A stretch of DNA of 64,000 nt from Escherichia coli (GTDB lineage Bacteria; Pseudomonadota; Gammaproteobacteria; Enterobacterales; Enterobacteriaceae), in assembly GCF_003790525.1 (NCBI RefSeq), contig NZ_CP033635.1. The stretch is one strand, 5' to 3'. Below the pieces are notes generated by a model. It did not search any database. It saw only the letters and a program-made list of their open reading frames with translations, and had not been told where the DNA came from. A program made the position numbers and the translations under genes. How positions within the stretch are numbered: the first letter of the stretch is position 1; every line of letters begins with the position of its first letter. Shown here piece after piece: positions 53,306-63,057 of the stretch.

Positions 53306-53719
53306 TTACTCCCCTGCTGTTGCCTTCTGAAATGCAGCCCGGTACAGCACAAGAAGGCGCTGGTATTCAGCGATAAAGTCTTCTGCTGTTTTAATCCCTT
53401 TCACGACCACGCTGTGGGTGGTCATTTCCAGAACGAGCACCATTTCTGACGATGACCAGCTGATAACGCTGCTGTCGCACCCGTTGATGTGGAACAGGCC
53501 CAGCTCCAGGCTGTGGTTCTGGTCTCTGACATCCACGCGGTAACGGTCGTCAACGGTGAAGGAAAAATCCCCGTATGTGGCAGCGCTGCGGGCTGCCTGT
53601 TTACAGGCGCGGCGGTAATAGTCGTGCAGGTCATTGAGACGGGAAGCGAGGCGTGGATCCACCGCCCACATCCAGTTAAAAAAATCCTGAATATCTGAAA
53701 GTCCCTTAACGCTCTTCAT
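53306..53719 (-). CDS. Hypothetical early-region protein (137 aa)
   Basis: ORF track; immediately upstream of A. Confidence 0.5.
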   Translation of the reverse strand: MKSVKGLSDIQDFFNWMWAVDPRLASRLNDLHDYYRRACKQAARSAATYGDFSFTVDDRYRVDVRDQNHSLELGLFHINGCDSSVISWSSSEMVLVLEMTTHSVVVKGIKTAEDFIAEYQRLLVLYRAAFQKATAGE

Positions 53720-53787
53720 GAGAACCTCCGGAAACGGACGTGCGGAAGCCTCCCGCGTACGGGGGCGGGATGGCTCCGGGATGTTGA

Positions 53788-54012
53788 TTAGTGGTGGTGC
53801 TGGTTAATGAGGTCCTGCAGCTCGCGCAGGTCATCCACCAGGTAGCTGAATACAGCGGCGGAATACATGTTTGACAGTGCGTGGCTGCGCTCATGCAGCA
53901 TATTGATGTGCATGATATGCGCGACGCGGAATGCGCGGAAAAGTCTGCGGTTGATTTCAGTCTGGATGTGACGACGCGCAGCGTATGCGCGCTGTTGTTT
54001 GCGGTTTGCCAT
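53788..54012 (-). CDS. Hypothetical early-region protein (74 aa)
   Basis: ORF track. Confidence 0.45.
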   Translation of the reverse strand: MANRKQQRAYAARRHIQTEINRRLFRAFRVAHIMHINMLHERSHALSNMYSAAVFSYLVDDLRELQDLINQHHH

Positions 54013-54020
54013 GGTGTGGC

Positions 54021-54245
54021 CTCTGTAGTTGCAAGTTTTGAAAACTCACCATCCAGAGGTTGCAATTCTGGGTGGCGAGACGTACAGGGTTGCAACCACC
54101 GGCAACTACAGAAACCGGCCCGACCGAAGTCGGCCCCATACGCCCCGCCATAATTCTGGCGCGAAAAAGACGTGGCGATACGGTACGCACAAAAAAACCG
54201 CTGGCGCGGTTGTGCGCTGTAGTTGTCAGCGGGGGTTGCAATCCC
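54021..54245. repeat. Cluster of GTTGCAA(C)/TAGTTGCAA motifs in a 320-bp intergenic region
   Basis: Six copies in both orientations at about 54026, 54057, 54087, 54101, 54219 and 54233. Confidence 0.45.
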
Positions 54246-54332
54246 GGCACCCGTTTTATGAGGTGCAGCGGAAATGTAACCTGACTGATTGCGGCATGGC
54301 AAGCGGTTTTTTTGTGTGTGCATAGTGGTTAC

Positions 54333-54971
54333 TCAGTCCGGTAGCAGTTCGCAAAGCACGGTGTCAGCGGCGGTATATCGTGCGTAAAGCCGGGCGAGGA
54401 CCCATCTTTTAAGGGATATCCCGGCCGTGTCCCGGATGTACTTTCTGATTTCGCTGAATGTCATCCCCTGTTCATCGCGCAGTTCAGTTACCAACTCCAC
54501 CAGGTGATCGCTGTATCTGGCTCTGTGGTGGAGTTCCCCGTATTTCCTGAACCGGTACCCTCTTTTTCTCAGGTTCAGTCCCACCGTGGATGTCGAGCGC
54601 CCCAGTTCATTCGCGAGTTCCCGGATGGTTTTTGTGTGGCGATTCCTGATGAGCGTGTTGAGTTCTTTTGTATTCAGGGGGGGTTGTTTGGTGTGGATAA
54701 CCCCCTGAGAGAGCAAAAGACGGATGCGGCTTCGTATTGCTGGCCCGGTTCTCTGAAAGTGTTTTGTCAGTTCTGGTACGGTGTGGGAGGGGTATAAACC
54801 GACCAGTAGAGCATCTTCCTGTTGTGTCCAGGCTCTGACATGCTTCGGTGGTACACCTGATACACCCATAGGTTTAAGTGCGGGCATAGTTGTTCTCCGT
54901 TGTTCTGTTTTGTGTCGGGGTAATGGTCCGGTTTTTTCGCCTTCAACCGGAAAAGAAGGGCGTGTTAGCAT
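54333..54971 (-). CDS. Early-region protein with repeated helix-turn-helix-like segments; start possibly internal (MPALKPMG)
   Basis: Basic, HTH-like stretches. Confidence 0.45.
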   Translation of the reverse strand: MLTRPSFPVEGEKTGPLPRHKTEQRRTTMPALKPMGVSGVPPKHVRAWTQQEDALLVGLYPSHTVPELTKHFQRTGPAIRSRIRLLLSQGVIHTKQPPLNTKELNTLIRNRHTKTIRELANELGRSTSTVGLNLRKRGYRFRKYGELHHRARYSDHLVELVTELRDEQGMTFSEIRKYIRDTAGISLKRWVLARLYARYTAADTVLCELLPD

Positions 54972-55121
54972 TGATGAATCCGCCGTTCAGTGGATCTGGC
55001 GGACACTTTGTTCAACACGCCCGGGGGTAAAGATGTCTGGCTGCAAAAATTCCACGAGCCAGGTTACCCTGCACTCTGCGCTGATTAGGGGCAGAGCGAT
55101 GACGATGAGGGATAAAACACC

Positions 55122-55604
55122 ATGCAAAACAACCAACGTAAAAAATCGAGAGAACGGGATGAGGTCATGTTCCGTCTCTGGTACAGCTACTGGCTGGAGC
55201 GCATCGCGGCGGTATTCAATCGTCGCCTTGATGCGATCATCAACATTTTGATCCTTGCGGCGGGTGCGTTCATCGTAGCCGGCTGGCATTTCGGCTGGGT
55301 GCTTGGGGCAGTGGTGGTGGTTCTCGGAGCCTGTAATTTCATATGTCGTTTCGGGCAACGTGCGCAGGCGGCGAGTGAGCATGCCCATCGCTACAATGAG
55401 TTGATTACCAAAAGCGCCCTCCTCAGTACGGAAGCTCTGCTGGCACGCCTTCCAGAGCTTGAGATGCATGACTCTCCTGTCCTGGAATGCATGGAAAATG
55501 TGGCGTACAACAAAGCCTGTATGTCTCTGAATATCAGTCATCGTGAATCTCTCTCTTTCGCTGAAAAGATGATGGCTGCCATTACGATCGGTTTTTCCCG
55601 ATAA
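55122..55604 (+). CDS. Small membrane protein (160 aa, two adjacent TM helices), opposite strand to all neighbours
   Basis: SD GAGGG; INILILAAGAFIVAGW and GWVLGAVVVVLGACNFI hydrophobic segments. Confidence 0.55.
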   Translation: MQNNQRKKSRERDEVMFRLWYSYWLERIAAVFNRRLDAIINILILAAGAFIVAGWHFGWVLGAVVVVLGACNFICRFGQRAQAASEHAHRYNELITKSALLSTEALLARLPELEMHDSPVLECMENVAYNKACMSLNISHRESLSFAEKMMAAITIGFSR

Positions 55605-55643
55605 GTGCCCTGCGTGTGTCATCTGACGCTCGCCATGTTCCCG

Positions 55644-55856
55644 TCAGTCGTTCGGGTTTATGACGTAATCCACGACGTTTTCCACGCGGCGGCGTAATTC
55701 CCTGTGTATCTGGCCTGGTGTTGCTGGTTCGCCCGGTTGCCCCAGGCCTGCCACAAAATCGTCGATTTCACTCATAAGCAGGTTGCGCATTACGGCGATA
55801 TGGTGACGCGCCTCTTTGCCTGGTCTGCGTGCGTTGGTATCGTGTTTGCTGCTCAT
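55644..55856 (-). CDS. Hypothetical small protein; start chosen at MSSKHDTN
   Basis: ORF track with internal start to avoid overlap. Confidence 0.4.
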   Translation of the reverse strand: MSSKHDTNARRPGKEARHHIAVMRNLLMSEIDDFVAGLGQPGEPATPGQIHRELRRRVENVVDYVINPND

Positions 55857-56062
55857 GTTCTTACCTCGCTTATTATCTCGAGTTCGCGCCATGACTCTGT
55901 CAGGACGGTTATCTGTGACCCGTCCGTCAGGTGGACGTAAATCAGTTCGTCACCTGCCGGGCATCGGGTGGTGGTGGCGATGACACTGCTTTCCACTTCG
56001 TATTCCATCCCGGATGTATCGGTAAAAAGCGTTTTATTGCGTCTTCTCAGAATTGCAGTCAT
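55853..56062 (-). CDS. Hypothetical small protein (69 aa)
   Basis: ORF track. Confidence 0.4.
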   Translation of the reverse strand: MTAILRRRNKTLFTDTSGMEYEVESSVIATTTRCPAGDELIYVHLTDGSQITVLTESWRELEIISEVRT

Positions 56063-56072
56063 GGTGTGGCCC

Positions 56073-56366
56073 TCAGTGTATTCGTGATGACGTGCCAGCC
56101 TCAGTGCTCTGAAGCTGACGTCTGAGGTTTTTCAGCTCCTGAGCCAGCCTGATGTTTTCTTCCCGGAACTCAGAAAGCGCCTGCACGGCAAGGGCGATGG
56201 CTATCGCTTCTGTCTGGTGCATCATGGCTAATAATATTTCTTCCGGATGTTCCATTAATTCACGGCTTAGTTTGTTTTTTTTCTTAATTAATTTGTTTGT
56301 GCCTTCGATTATTTTGTTGACCTGTTCACTGTTATCAATGATTCGGTTTTTTTTATTATTAAGCAT
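56073..56366 (-). CDS. Hypothetical coiled-coil protein (97 aa) in an AT-rich segment
   Basis: Lys/Asn-rich, A/T-rich codons unlike flanking genes. Confidence 0.45.
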   Translation of the reverse strand: MLNNKKNRIIDNSEQVNKIIEGTNKLIKKKNKLSRELMEHPEEILLAMMHQTEAIAIALAVQALSEFREENIRLAQELKNLRRQLQSTEAGTSSRIH

Positions 56367-56568
56367 TCCTGATTTCTCCTTTTTGAGCGGGTCAACCCCT
56401 CCGCGTGAGCGGATGTTTCTGGTTGTTTCTGGTGTTAAACGCCTGTTTATTTACGGCGCTTATCGCCAGTAAATAACGATTCAATGGTGTTAATGCTGTT
56501 AATTACCCGCATAATCCCCACAGCGCAAATAATGGCAAGGATAAGAATTAACCATGACATAAATACGC

Positions 56569-56811
56569 TCATGCTTCCTCCTGAATTACAAAGGGGGTTA
56601 TTACGTTTCCTTCAGACAGGTCTTTATTAATGGCCTGTAATTCCGTCAGAGCTTCATTATCTCCGGAACCAAAGGCGCAACAGGTCAGGCCCTTGATTGC
56701 TGTAGTCAGTGCTGCAAGTGAAACAGCGTCACCGTTAGTGCCACGGCTTGTAAGTCCGTAATGGTAATTCTGAAGCGCGTCGTTAATGAGTTCTTTATAG
56801 GCTCTTTTCAT
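56569..56811 (-). CDS. Hypothetical small protein (80 aa)
   Basis: ORF track. Confidence 0.45.
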   Translation of the reverse strand: MKRAYKELINDALQNYHYGLTSRGTNGDAVSLAALTTAIKGLTCCAFGSGDNEALTELQAINKDLSEGNVITPFVIQEEA

Positions 56812-56849
56812 CTTGCTGCCTCTTCTGTCTTATTAAGACTCCTTTTGCC

Positions 56850-57158
56850 TTAGTAGTCGGTATGCTGAAAGCTGCGCCCCTCGATTAAGCGGTCGGCAGT
56901 TCGCAAGGCTTCGTGCAGTGTGAAATCCTGTCCGAACTGATTGTCGCCGCTGCTCAGTGCAAAAATGCGGTTTCCGGTAAACGGATTGCGGTGGCATCTG
57001 TGGATCACGAGTCCGGCCTGCTCAATCAGCCAGGTGTGTTGACCAGTCTGTTTTACAGCATGACCGCCCGGCGTTGCGTGTGTTTCGCGCAGGCTCCAGC
57101 GGTTATTGCTGCGTGGTGCACTGTTGCGGAAATGTGGCTGTGAATAATGTTTTCGCAT
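56850..57158 (-). CDS. Hypothetical protein (102 aa)
   Basis: ORF track. Confidence 0.45.
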   Translation of the reverse strand: MRKHYSQPHFRNSAPRSNNRWSLRETHATPGGHAVKQTGQHTWLIEQAGLVIHRCHRNPFTGNRIFALSSGDNQFGQDFTLHEALRTADRLIEGRSFQHTDY

Positions 57159-57440
57159 TATTTATCTCCTGCGCTTATTTTTCCTTCTATGCAATCTTTC
57201 ATGAATAACAAATACTCATTGGCTTCCTCTTCCGTTTTTAATATTCTCTCCAGATAGAAATTCTGAAAGTGTATATAGACTTATGCTCCTACCTTTGTTG
57301 TGGCTATTATGTCTTTTGCTTTAAAGTGCAATGCGTCACTACTTCTGGAGGTTAATCTTTGTCTTGGTTTCATGTTGTTGTCTTCCTTTACTTGAATACT
57401 ATTGCGGAAATATAGCTACGAATGATTACGTTGTGTGCCT

Positions 57441-57647
57441 CTACCTGATGAGCCAGATGACAAACGCTGTAAGTCCCGCGCCAACAACTATTGGAAAAAG
57501 CCCTTTAGAATAAGCTGCGACGTAATGAACGTTGAGGACAATAAAACGTTCTTTTTGTCCTGTTAGCTTGCCAAGCAGATAAATCACTACTACGCCTAAT
57601 TCCAGGAATATAATGTTCAAAACGGCATTGATGATATTGCTGGTCAT
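57441..57647 (-). CDS. Small hydrophobic membrane protein (68 aa)
   Basis: Two predicted TM helices; follows the cox-like gene. Confidence 0.35.
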   Translation of the reverse strand: MTSNIINAVLNIIFLELGVVVIYLLGKLTGQKERFIVLNVHYVAAYSKGLFPIVVGAGLTAFVIWLIR

Positions 57648-57655
57648 TTTCGTGT

Positions 57656-58177
57656 TTAGCCGGGCTGGTTGTTTTTGAGTTGCTCCAGTTTTGAAACTCT
57701 GGGGGAGTAAACCTGCTTACCTTTAACGGTCTGGCAGTCCTCCTTGTTTGCCGGTGAAAACTTTCTTTTCTTGCGGTCGTACGTCCAGTAGCTTTTCCAG
57801 TTGTGCCACTCTGGCGGTTCGCACTCCAGTAGTTCGTCGGCTAGTTCGTCCCAGGCTTTGGCGTTAAACCACCATGTACCGTCTGACTTTTCATCTTCGG
57901 GATTTGAGCGCGTTTTGTGACCCGGCATCTGCCCGCGCTGAATGGCGGCGCGTAGCGCAGATTTTGTTACCCCCAGATAGGCAGCCCCTTTTTCCAGTGA
58001 CACAAGTCCTGCGACTGGGCCGTCCAGTCGTAGGGTTGCGCCCTTTTTGTAGGACGGTCTGGTTTTGGTTTCCAGGTGTTCGTTGTCGTTGGCAGCTTCA
58101 ATGAATTCATTGTCCGCGCCATCATCCTGAACCGGTTGAGCGCCAGATAACTCTTTGTCGGCAATAATCTCCCGCAT
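57656..58177 (-). CDS. Cox/Apl-like HTH excisionase-regulator candidate (173 aa)
   Basis: Divergent from the C repressor gene; HTH-like AYLGVTKSALRAAIQRGQMPGHK. Confidence 0.45.
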   Translation of the reverse strand: MREIIADKELSGAQPVQDDGADNEFIEAANDNEHLETKTRPSYKKGATLRLDGPVAGLVSLEKGAAYLGVTKSALRAAIQRGQMPGHKTRSNPEDEKSDGTWWFNAKAWDELADELLECEPPEWHNWKSYWTYDRKKRKFSPANKEDCQTVKGKQVYSPRVSKLEQLKNNQPG

Positions 58178-58280
58178 TTGTTATCCTCTTGCATTGGTGC
58201 GCTTGTTGCGCCTTTTGATGATTTTTGATGACTTGTAAAGATAATCGTACGGTTATCTTTTGTAGGAGATTAATCCCCAA
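58178..58280. promoter_or_regulatory. Divergent early promoter/operator (lysis-lysogeny switch) region
   Basis: Between cox-like and C genes; palindrome AGATAATCGTACGGTTATCT and direct repeats TGATGA. Confidence 0.45.
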
Positions 58281-58622
58281 ATGAGTATCTTGTCAATAGA
58301 CTATGCGAAAAAGTTGCGTTTGATACGCAAGACGGAAGGGCTAACTCAAAAGCAATTTGCTGATATTACAGGGTTATCTCTGGCAACTGTCAGGAATTAT
58401 GAGTCAGGGCAAAAGATCGCCAGAGCAAAGATTGTTGAGGCCGTCCTTCAAGTGGATCGGTTTGAAAAATATATGTTCTGGCTAATCAAAGATAAGACGC
58501 TACCTGTTGCCGGTCAGATCGCCCCGGCTCTCTCTCTTGATGGCTCCACGCAGTCGGAGGACGATCAGGTTTCAACCCGCAATACCCAAAAATCACCCCA
58601 ATCAGGCCGCAATGCTGGCTGA
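58281..58622 (+). CDS. C: Immunity repressor (P2 C-like)
   Basis: HTH LTQKQFADITGLSLATVRNYESGQ and GQIAPAL as in P2 C. Confidence 0.8.
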   Translation: MSILSIDYAKKLRLIRKTEGLTQKQFADITGLSLATVRNYESGQKIARAKIVEAVLQVDRFEKYMFWLIKDKTLPVAGQIAPALSLDGSTQSEDDQVSTRNTQKSPQSGRNAG

Positions 58623-58682
58623 CGCTGTATATTGAACGGGCGGCGTTCAGTAAGCAGGGGTTAACAGGTTTATCCGTCGGAG

Positions 58683-59687
58683 GTGCTGATCATGTCGATT
58701 AAGCAACTCAAAGACGGACGTTATCAGGTTGATGTAAGGCCTCAGGGGGCGGGAGGAAGGCGGATTCGTAAGATTTTCACCCTGAAATCAAAGGCGCAGG
58801 AATTCGAAAGATACGTTCTTCAGAATTTCCACAATAACCCGTGGCAGGCAAGGCCCGCCGATCAACGGCGGTTATCAGAACTGATTGAGGTGTGGTGGAT
58901 GCTTGATGGTCGTAATCAGGCATATGGTGATACCTACAGAACCAGACTGGAGAAGGTGATACGTGAAATGGGGGACCCGCGCGCCAGCCAGATGACACGA
59001 AAATTCGTGATTGAGTATCGCTCGGATAAGTTGCAGGCGGGACTGATGCCGTCCAGTATCAATCGCGACCTGTGCGCCTTATCTGCGATGTTTTCGTTGT
59101 TAATTGACGCGGAGGTTTATCATAACGAAAACCCTGTGCGCGGAATACGTAAACTCAAGGTTCAGAATACAGAAATGGCCTTTCTTTCAGATGACGAGAT
59201 TGATCGCCTTCTGAAACGGCTTGAGGGTGATGCACGACGCATTGCCATTCTGTGCCTTTCGACCGGGGCCAGATGGAAAGAGGCGTCAACGCTTCGCGGG
59301 GAACACATCGTGGGTAACAGGGTGACGTTCTTTAACACAAAGAACGGGAAATCGCGCTCGGTTCCTGTAGCTGATTCCGTTGTGCCGTTAATTAAAACCC
59401 GCCGGACCGGCCTGTTATATCAGGTTGATTATCTCAGTTTCAGGGAGATCCTTCAGGAGGTGAAGCCCGACTTACCCAAAGGGCAGGCCACGCATGTCAT
59501 GCGGCACACGTTCGCCACGCATTTCATGATGAACGGCGGGAACATCGTCACGTTGCAGAGGATCCTGGGTCACGCCACGATTCAGCAAACGATGACGTAT
59601 GCGCATTTTTCACCGGACTTTTTACAGGATGCGATCAGCTTTAATCCGCTGGCTGAAAGTGTCCATAAACTGTCCATCGACCAGTAA
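58683..59687 (+). CDS. int: Tyrosine integrase (P2 Int-like)
   Basis: KQLKDGRYQVDVRP...AILCLSTGARW...HVMRHTFATHF...LGHATIQQTMTYAHF close to P2 Int. Confidence 0.9.
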   Translation: MLIMSIKQLKDGRYQVDVRPQGAGGRRIRKIFTLKSKAQEFERYVLQNFHNNPWQARPADQRRLSELIEVWWMLDGRNQAYGDTYRTRLEKVIREMGDPRASQMTRKFVIEYRSDKLQAGLMPSSINRDLCALSAMFSLLIDAEVYHNENPVRGIRKLKVQNTEMAFLSDDEIDRLLKRLEGDARRIAILCLSTGARWKEASTLRGEHIVGNRVTFFNTKNGKSRSVPVADSVVPLIKTRRTGLLYQVDYLSFREILQEVKPDLPKGQATHVMRHTFATHFMMNGGNIVTLQRILGHATIQQTMTYAHFSPDFLQDAISFNPLAESVHKLSIDQ

Positions 59688-59773
59688 TTATTTGTGATAA
59701 TTTGCTCCCCTTGTTTTTGTTTACTTATTGAAAAATAAGGAAATCAGCAAGAGGAGTAAGTACCGTTAAATCT

Positions 59774-59788
59774 CCTGCGGGCGCTTTT
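59774..59788. other. attR core CCTGCGGGCGCTTTT
   Basis: Identical 15-mer at 22385-22399. Confidence 0.7.
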
Positions 59789-59983
59789 TTTGTCTCCCTT
59801 TGATACCGAACAATAATTACTCCTCACTTACACGTAATACTACTTTCGAGTGAAAATCTACCTATCTCTTTGATTTTCAAATTATTCGATATATACAAGC
59901 CTATATAGCGACCTGCTATAGAAATAATTACACAATACGGTTTGTTACTGGAATCAATCGTGAGCAAGCTTGAGTGAGCCATT

Positions 59984-62428
59984 ATGAAAACGAAAATCCC
60001 TGATGCGGTATTGGCTGCTGAGGTGAGTCGCCGTGGTTTGGTAAAAACGACAGCGATCGGCGGCCTGGCAATGGCCAGCAGCGCATTAACATTACCTTTT
60101 AGTCGGATTGCGCACGCTGTTGATAGTGCCCTTCCGGCAAAGTCAGACGAAAAGGTAATCTGGAGCGCCTGTACAGTTAACTGTGGTAGCCGCTGCCCGC
60201 TACGTATGCACGTTGTGGACGGTGAAATTAAATATGTTGAAACGGATAATACCGGCGATGACAACTATGACGGCCTGCACCAGGTGCGCGCCTGTCTGCG
60301 TGGGCGTTCCATGCGTCGCCGTGTCTACAATCCGGACCGCCTGAAATATCCGATGAAACGAGTCGGGGCGCGCGGTGAAGGCAAATTCGAGCGCATTAGC
60401 TGGGAAGAAGCCTACGACATCATCGCGACCAATATGCAGCGCCTGATCAAAGAGTACGGCAACGAGTCTATCTATCTGAACTATGGTACCGGTACGCTGG
60501 GCGGCACCATGACCCGCTCCTGGCCGCCGGGAAATACCCTGGTCGCTCGCCTGATGAACTGCTGCGGCGGTTATCTGAACCATTACGGTGACTACTCTTC
60601 CGCGCAAATTGCGGAAGGTTTGAACTATACCTACGGCGGCTGGGCAGATGGTAACAGCCCGTCGGATATCGAAAACAGTAAACTGGTAGTGCTGTTTGGT
60701 AATAACCCTGGCGAAACGCGAATGAGTGGCGGTGGGGTGACTTACTATCTTGAACAGGCGCGCCAGAAATCTAATGCTCGCATGATCATCATCGATCCGC
60801 GCTATACCGACACCGGTGCCGGGCGCGAAGATGAGTGGATCCCTATTCGTCCGGGAACAGATGCCGCACTGGTTAACGGTCTGGCGTATGTCATGATCAC
60901 CGAAAACCTGGTGGATCAGGCATTCCTCGATAAATATTGCGTTGGCTACGACGAGAAAACACTGCCAGCCAGTGCGCCGAAAAATGGTCACTATAAAGCT
61001 TATATTCTGGGTGAAGGGCCAGATGGCGTGGCTAAAACGCCGGAATGGGCCTCGCAAATCACTGGTGTTCCGGCAGACAAAATCATCAAATTGGCTCGTG
61101 AAATCGGTAGTACCAAACCGGCGTTTATCAGCCAGGGATGGGGCCCGCAGCGTCACGCTAACGGTGAAATCGCAACCCGTGCTATCTCGATGCTGGCGAT
61201 TCTGACCGGTAACGTTGGTATTAACGGAGGCAACAGCGGCGCGCGTGAAGGTTCATACAGCTTACCGTTTGTCCGTATGCCGACCCTCGAAAACCCGATC
61301 CAGACCAGCATTTCGATGTTTATGTGGACCGATGCCATTGAACGTGGCCCGGAAATGACAGCGCTGCGTGATGGTGTGCGCGGGAAAGATAAGCTGGATG
61401 TGCCGATCAAAATGATCTGGAACTATGCCGGTAACTGCCTGATTAATCAGCATTCTGAAATCAACCGTACCCATGAAATCCTTCAGGATGATAAGAAGTG
61501 CGAGCTGATTGTGGTTATCGACTGCCACATGACCTCATCGGCGAAATATGCTGACATCCTGCTGCCTGACTGCACCGCTTCAGAACAGATGGACTTTGCA
61601 CTGGATGCATCCTGCGGGAATATGTCTTACGTGATTTTCAACGATCAGGTGATTAAACCGCGCTTTGAATGTAAGACCATCTATGAAATGACCAGCGAAC
61701 TGGCAAAACGTCTTGGCGTTGAGCAACAATTTACTGAGGGCCGTACCCAGGAAGAGTGGATGCGGCATCTGTATGCCCAGTCGCGGGAAGCGATTCCTGA
61801 ACTGCCAACGTTTGAAGAGTTCCGTAAGCAGGGGATCTTTAAAAAGCGCGACCCACAAGGGCATCACGTTGCTTATAAAGCTTTCCGTGAAGATCCGCAG
61901 GCAAATCCACTGACCACGCCATCGGGGAAAATTGAGATTTATTCGCAGGCGCTGGCTGACATTGCCGCGACCTGGGAATTGCCAGAAGGTGATGTGATCG
62001 ATCCACTGCCGATCTACACGCCGGGCTTTGAAAGTTATCAGGATCCGCTGAACAAACAGTATCCGCTGCAGCTTACGGGTTTCCACTATAAATCTCGCGT
62101 TCACTCAACTTACGGCAACGTTGATGTGCTGAAAGCAGCTTGCCGTCAGGAAATGTGGATCAACCCGCTTGATGCGCAAAAACGCGGTATCAACAACGGC
62201 GATAAAGTCAGGATCTTTAACGATCGTGGTGAGGTTCATATTGAGGCGAAAGTGACGCCACGAATGATGCCGGGTGTGGTCGCACTGGGTGAAGGTGCCT
62301 GGTATGACCCGGATACAAAACGTGTCGATAAGGGCGGTTGTATCAACGTACTGACCACTCAACGTCCGTCTCCTCTCGCTAAGGGGAATCCGTCACATAC
62401 AAACCTTGTTCAGGTTGAAAAGGTGTAA
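59984..62428 (+). CDS. dmsA: DMSO reductase catalytic subunit
   Basis: Tat signal, Cys cluster, 814 aa. Confidence 0.95.
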   Translation: MKTKIPDAVLAAEVSRRGLVKTTAIGGLAMASSALTLPFSRIAHAVDSALPAKSDEKVIWSACTVNCGSRCPLRMHVVDGEIKYVETDNTGDDNYDGLHQVRACLRGRSMRRRVYNPDRLKYPMKRVGARGEGKFERISWEEAYDIIATNMQRLIKEYGNESIYLNYGTGTLGGTMTRSWPPGNTLVARLMNCCGGYLNHYGDYSSAQIAEGLNYTYGGWADGNSPSDIENSKLVVLFGNNPGETRMSGGGVTYYLEQARQKSNARMIIIDPRYTDTGAGREDEWIPIRPGTDAALVNGLAYVMITENLVDQAFLDKYCVGYDEKTLPASAPKNGHYKAYILGEGPDGVAKTPEWASQITGVPADKIIKLAREIGSTKPAFISQGWGPQRHANGEIATRAISMLAILTGNVGINGGNSGAREGSYSLPFVRMPTLENPIQTSISMFMWTDAIERGPEMTALRDGVRGKDKLDVPIKMIWNYAGNCLINQHSEINRTHEILQDDKKCELIVVIDCHMTSSAKYADILLPDCTASEQMDFALDASCGNMSYVIFNDQVIKPRFECKTIYEMTSELAKRLGVEQQFTEGRTQEEWMRHLYAQSREAIPELPTFEEFRKQGIFKKRDPQGHHVAYKAFREDPQANPLTTPSGKIEIYSQALADIAATWELPEGDVIDPLPIYTPGFESYQDPLNKQYPLQLTGFHYKSRVHSTYGNVDVLKAACRQEMWINPLDAQKRGINNGDKVRIFNDRGEVHIEAKVTPRMMPGVVALGEGAWYDPDTKRVDKGGCINVLTTQRPSPLAKGNPSHTNLVQVEKV

Positions 62429-62438
62429 GGAGTAACCG

Positions 62439-63056
62439 ATGACAACCCAGTATGGATTTTTTATTGATTCCAGCCGTTGCACCGGTTGCAAAACCTGCGA
62501 GCTGGCCTGTAAAGACTACAAAGATTTGACGCCAGAAGTCAGTTTCCGCCGCATTTATGAATATGCTGGCGGCGACTGGCAGGAAGATAACGGTGTCTGG
62601 CACCAGAACGTGTTTGCCTACTATCTGTCGATTTCATGTAACCACTGCGAAGATCCGGCTTGTACTAAAGTCTGCCCGAGCGGTGCGATGCATAAACGTG
62701 AAGATGGTTTTGTTGTGGTCGATGAAGATGTGTGCATTGGCTGCCGCTACTGCCATATGGCTTGCCCGTATGGCGCACCGCAATATAACGAAACGAAAGG
62801 CCGTATGACCAAATGCGATGGTTGTTATGACCGTGTTGCGGAGGGGAAAAAGCCGATCTGTGTTGAATCTTGCCCGCTGCGGGCGCTGGATTTCGGCCCT
62901 ATCGACGAGCTGCGTAAAAAACATGGCGATCTGGCGGCCGTTGCGCCGTTGCCGCGAGCTCACTTTACCAAACCGAATATTGTGATCAAACCCAATGCCA
63001 ACAGCCGCCCGACCGGGGATACCACTGGCTATCTGGCAAACCCGAAGGAGGTGTGA
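62439..63056 (+). CDS. dmsB: DMSO reductase iron-sulfur subunit
   Basis: Four ferredoxin-type Cys clusters. Confidence 0.95.
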   Translation: MTTQYGFFIDSSRCTGCKTCELACKDYKDLTPEVSFRRIYEYAGGDWQEDNGVWHQNVFAYYLSISCNHCEDPACTKVCPSGAMHKREDGFVVVDEDVCIGCRYCHMACPYGAPQYNETKGRMTKCDGCYDRVAEGKKPICVESCPLRALDFGPIDELRKKHGDLAAVAPLPRAHFTKPNIVIKPNANSRPTGDTTGYLANPKEV

Positions 63057-63057
63057 G

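Larger units (their letters stand above)
22385..59788 (-). mobile_element. P2-like prophage, about 37.4 kb, from attL next to serS to attR next to dmsA
   Basis: 15-bp direct repeats at both ends; int, C, A, Q, P, O, N, M, L, lysis, tail and ogr homologs in P2 order. Confidence 0.85.

Noticed and set aside
22400-59800. Search for IS elements or transposase genes to explain the repeats
   Set aside because: No transposase-like ORF or terminal inverted repeats seen; the repeats are explained by the modular duplications described.
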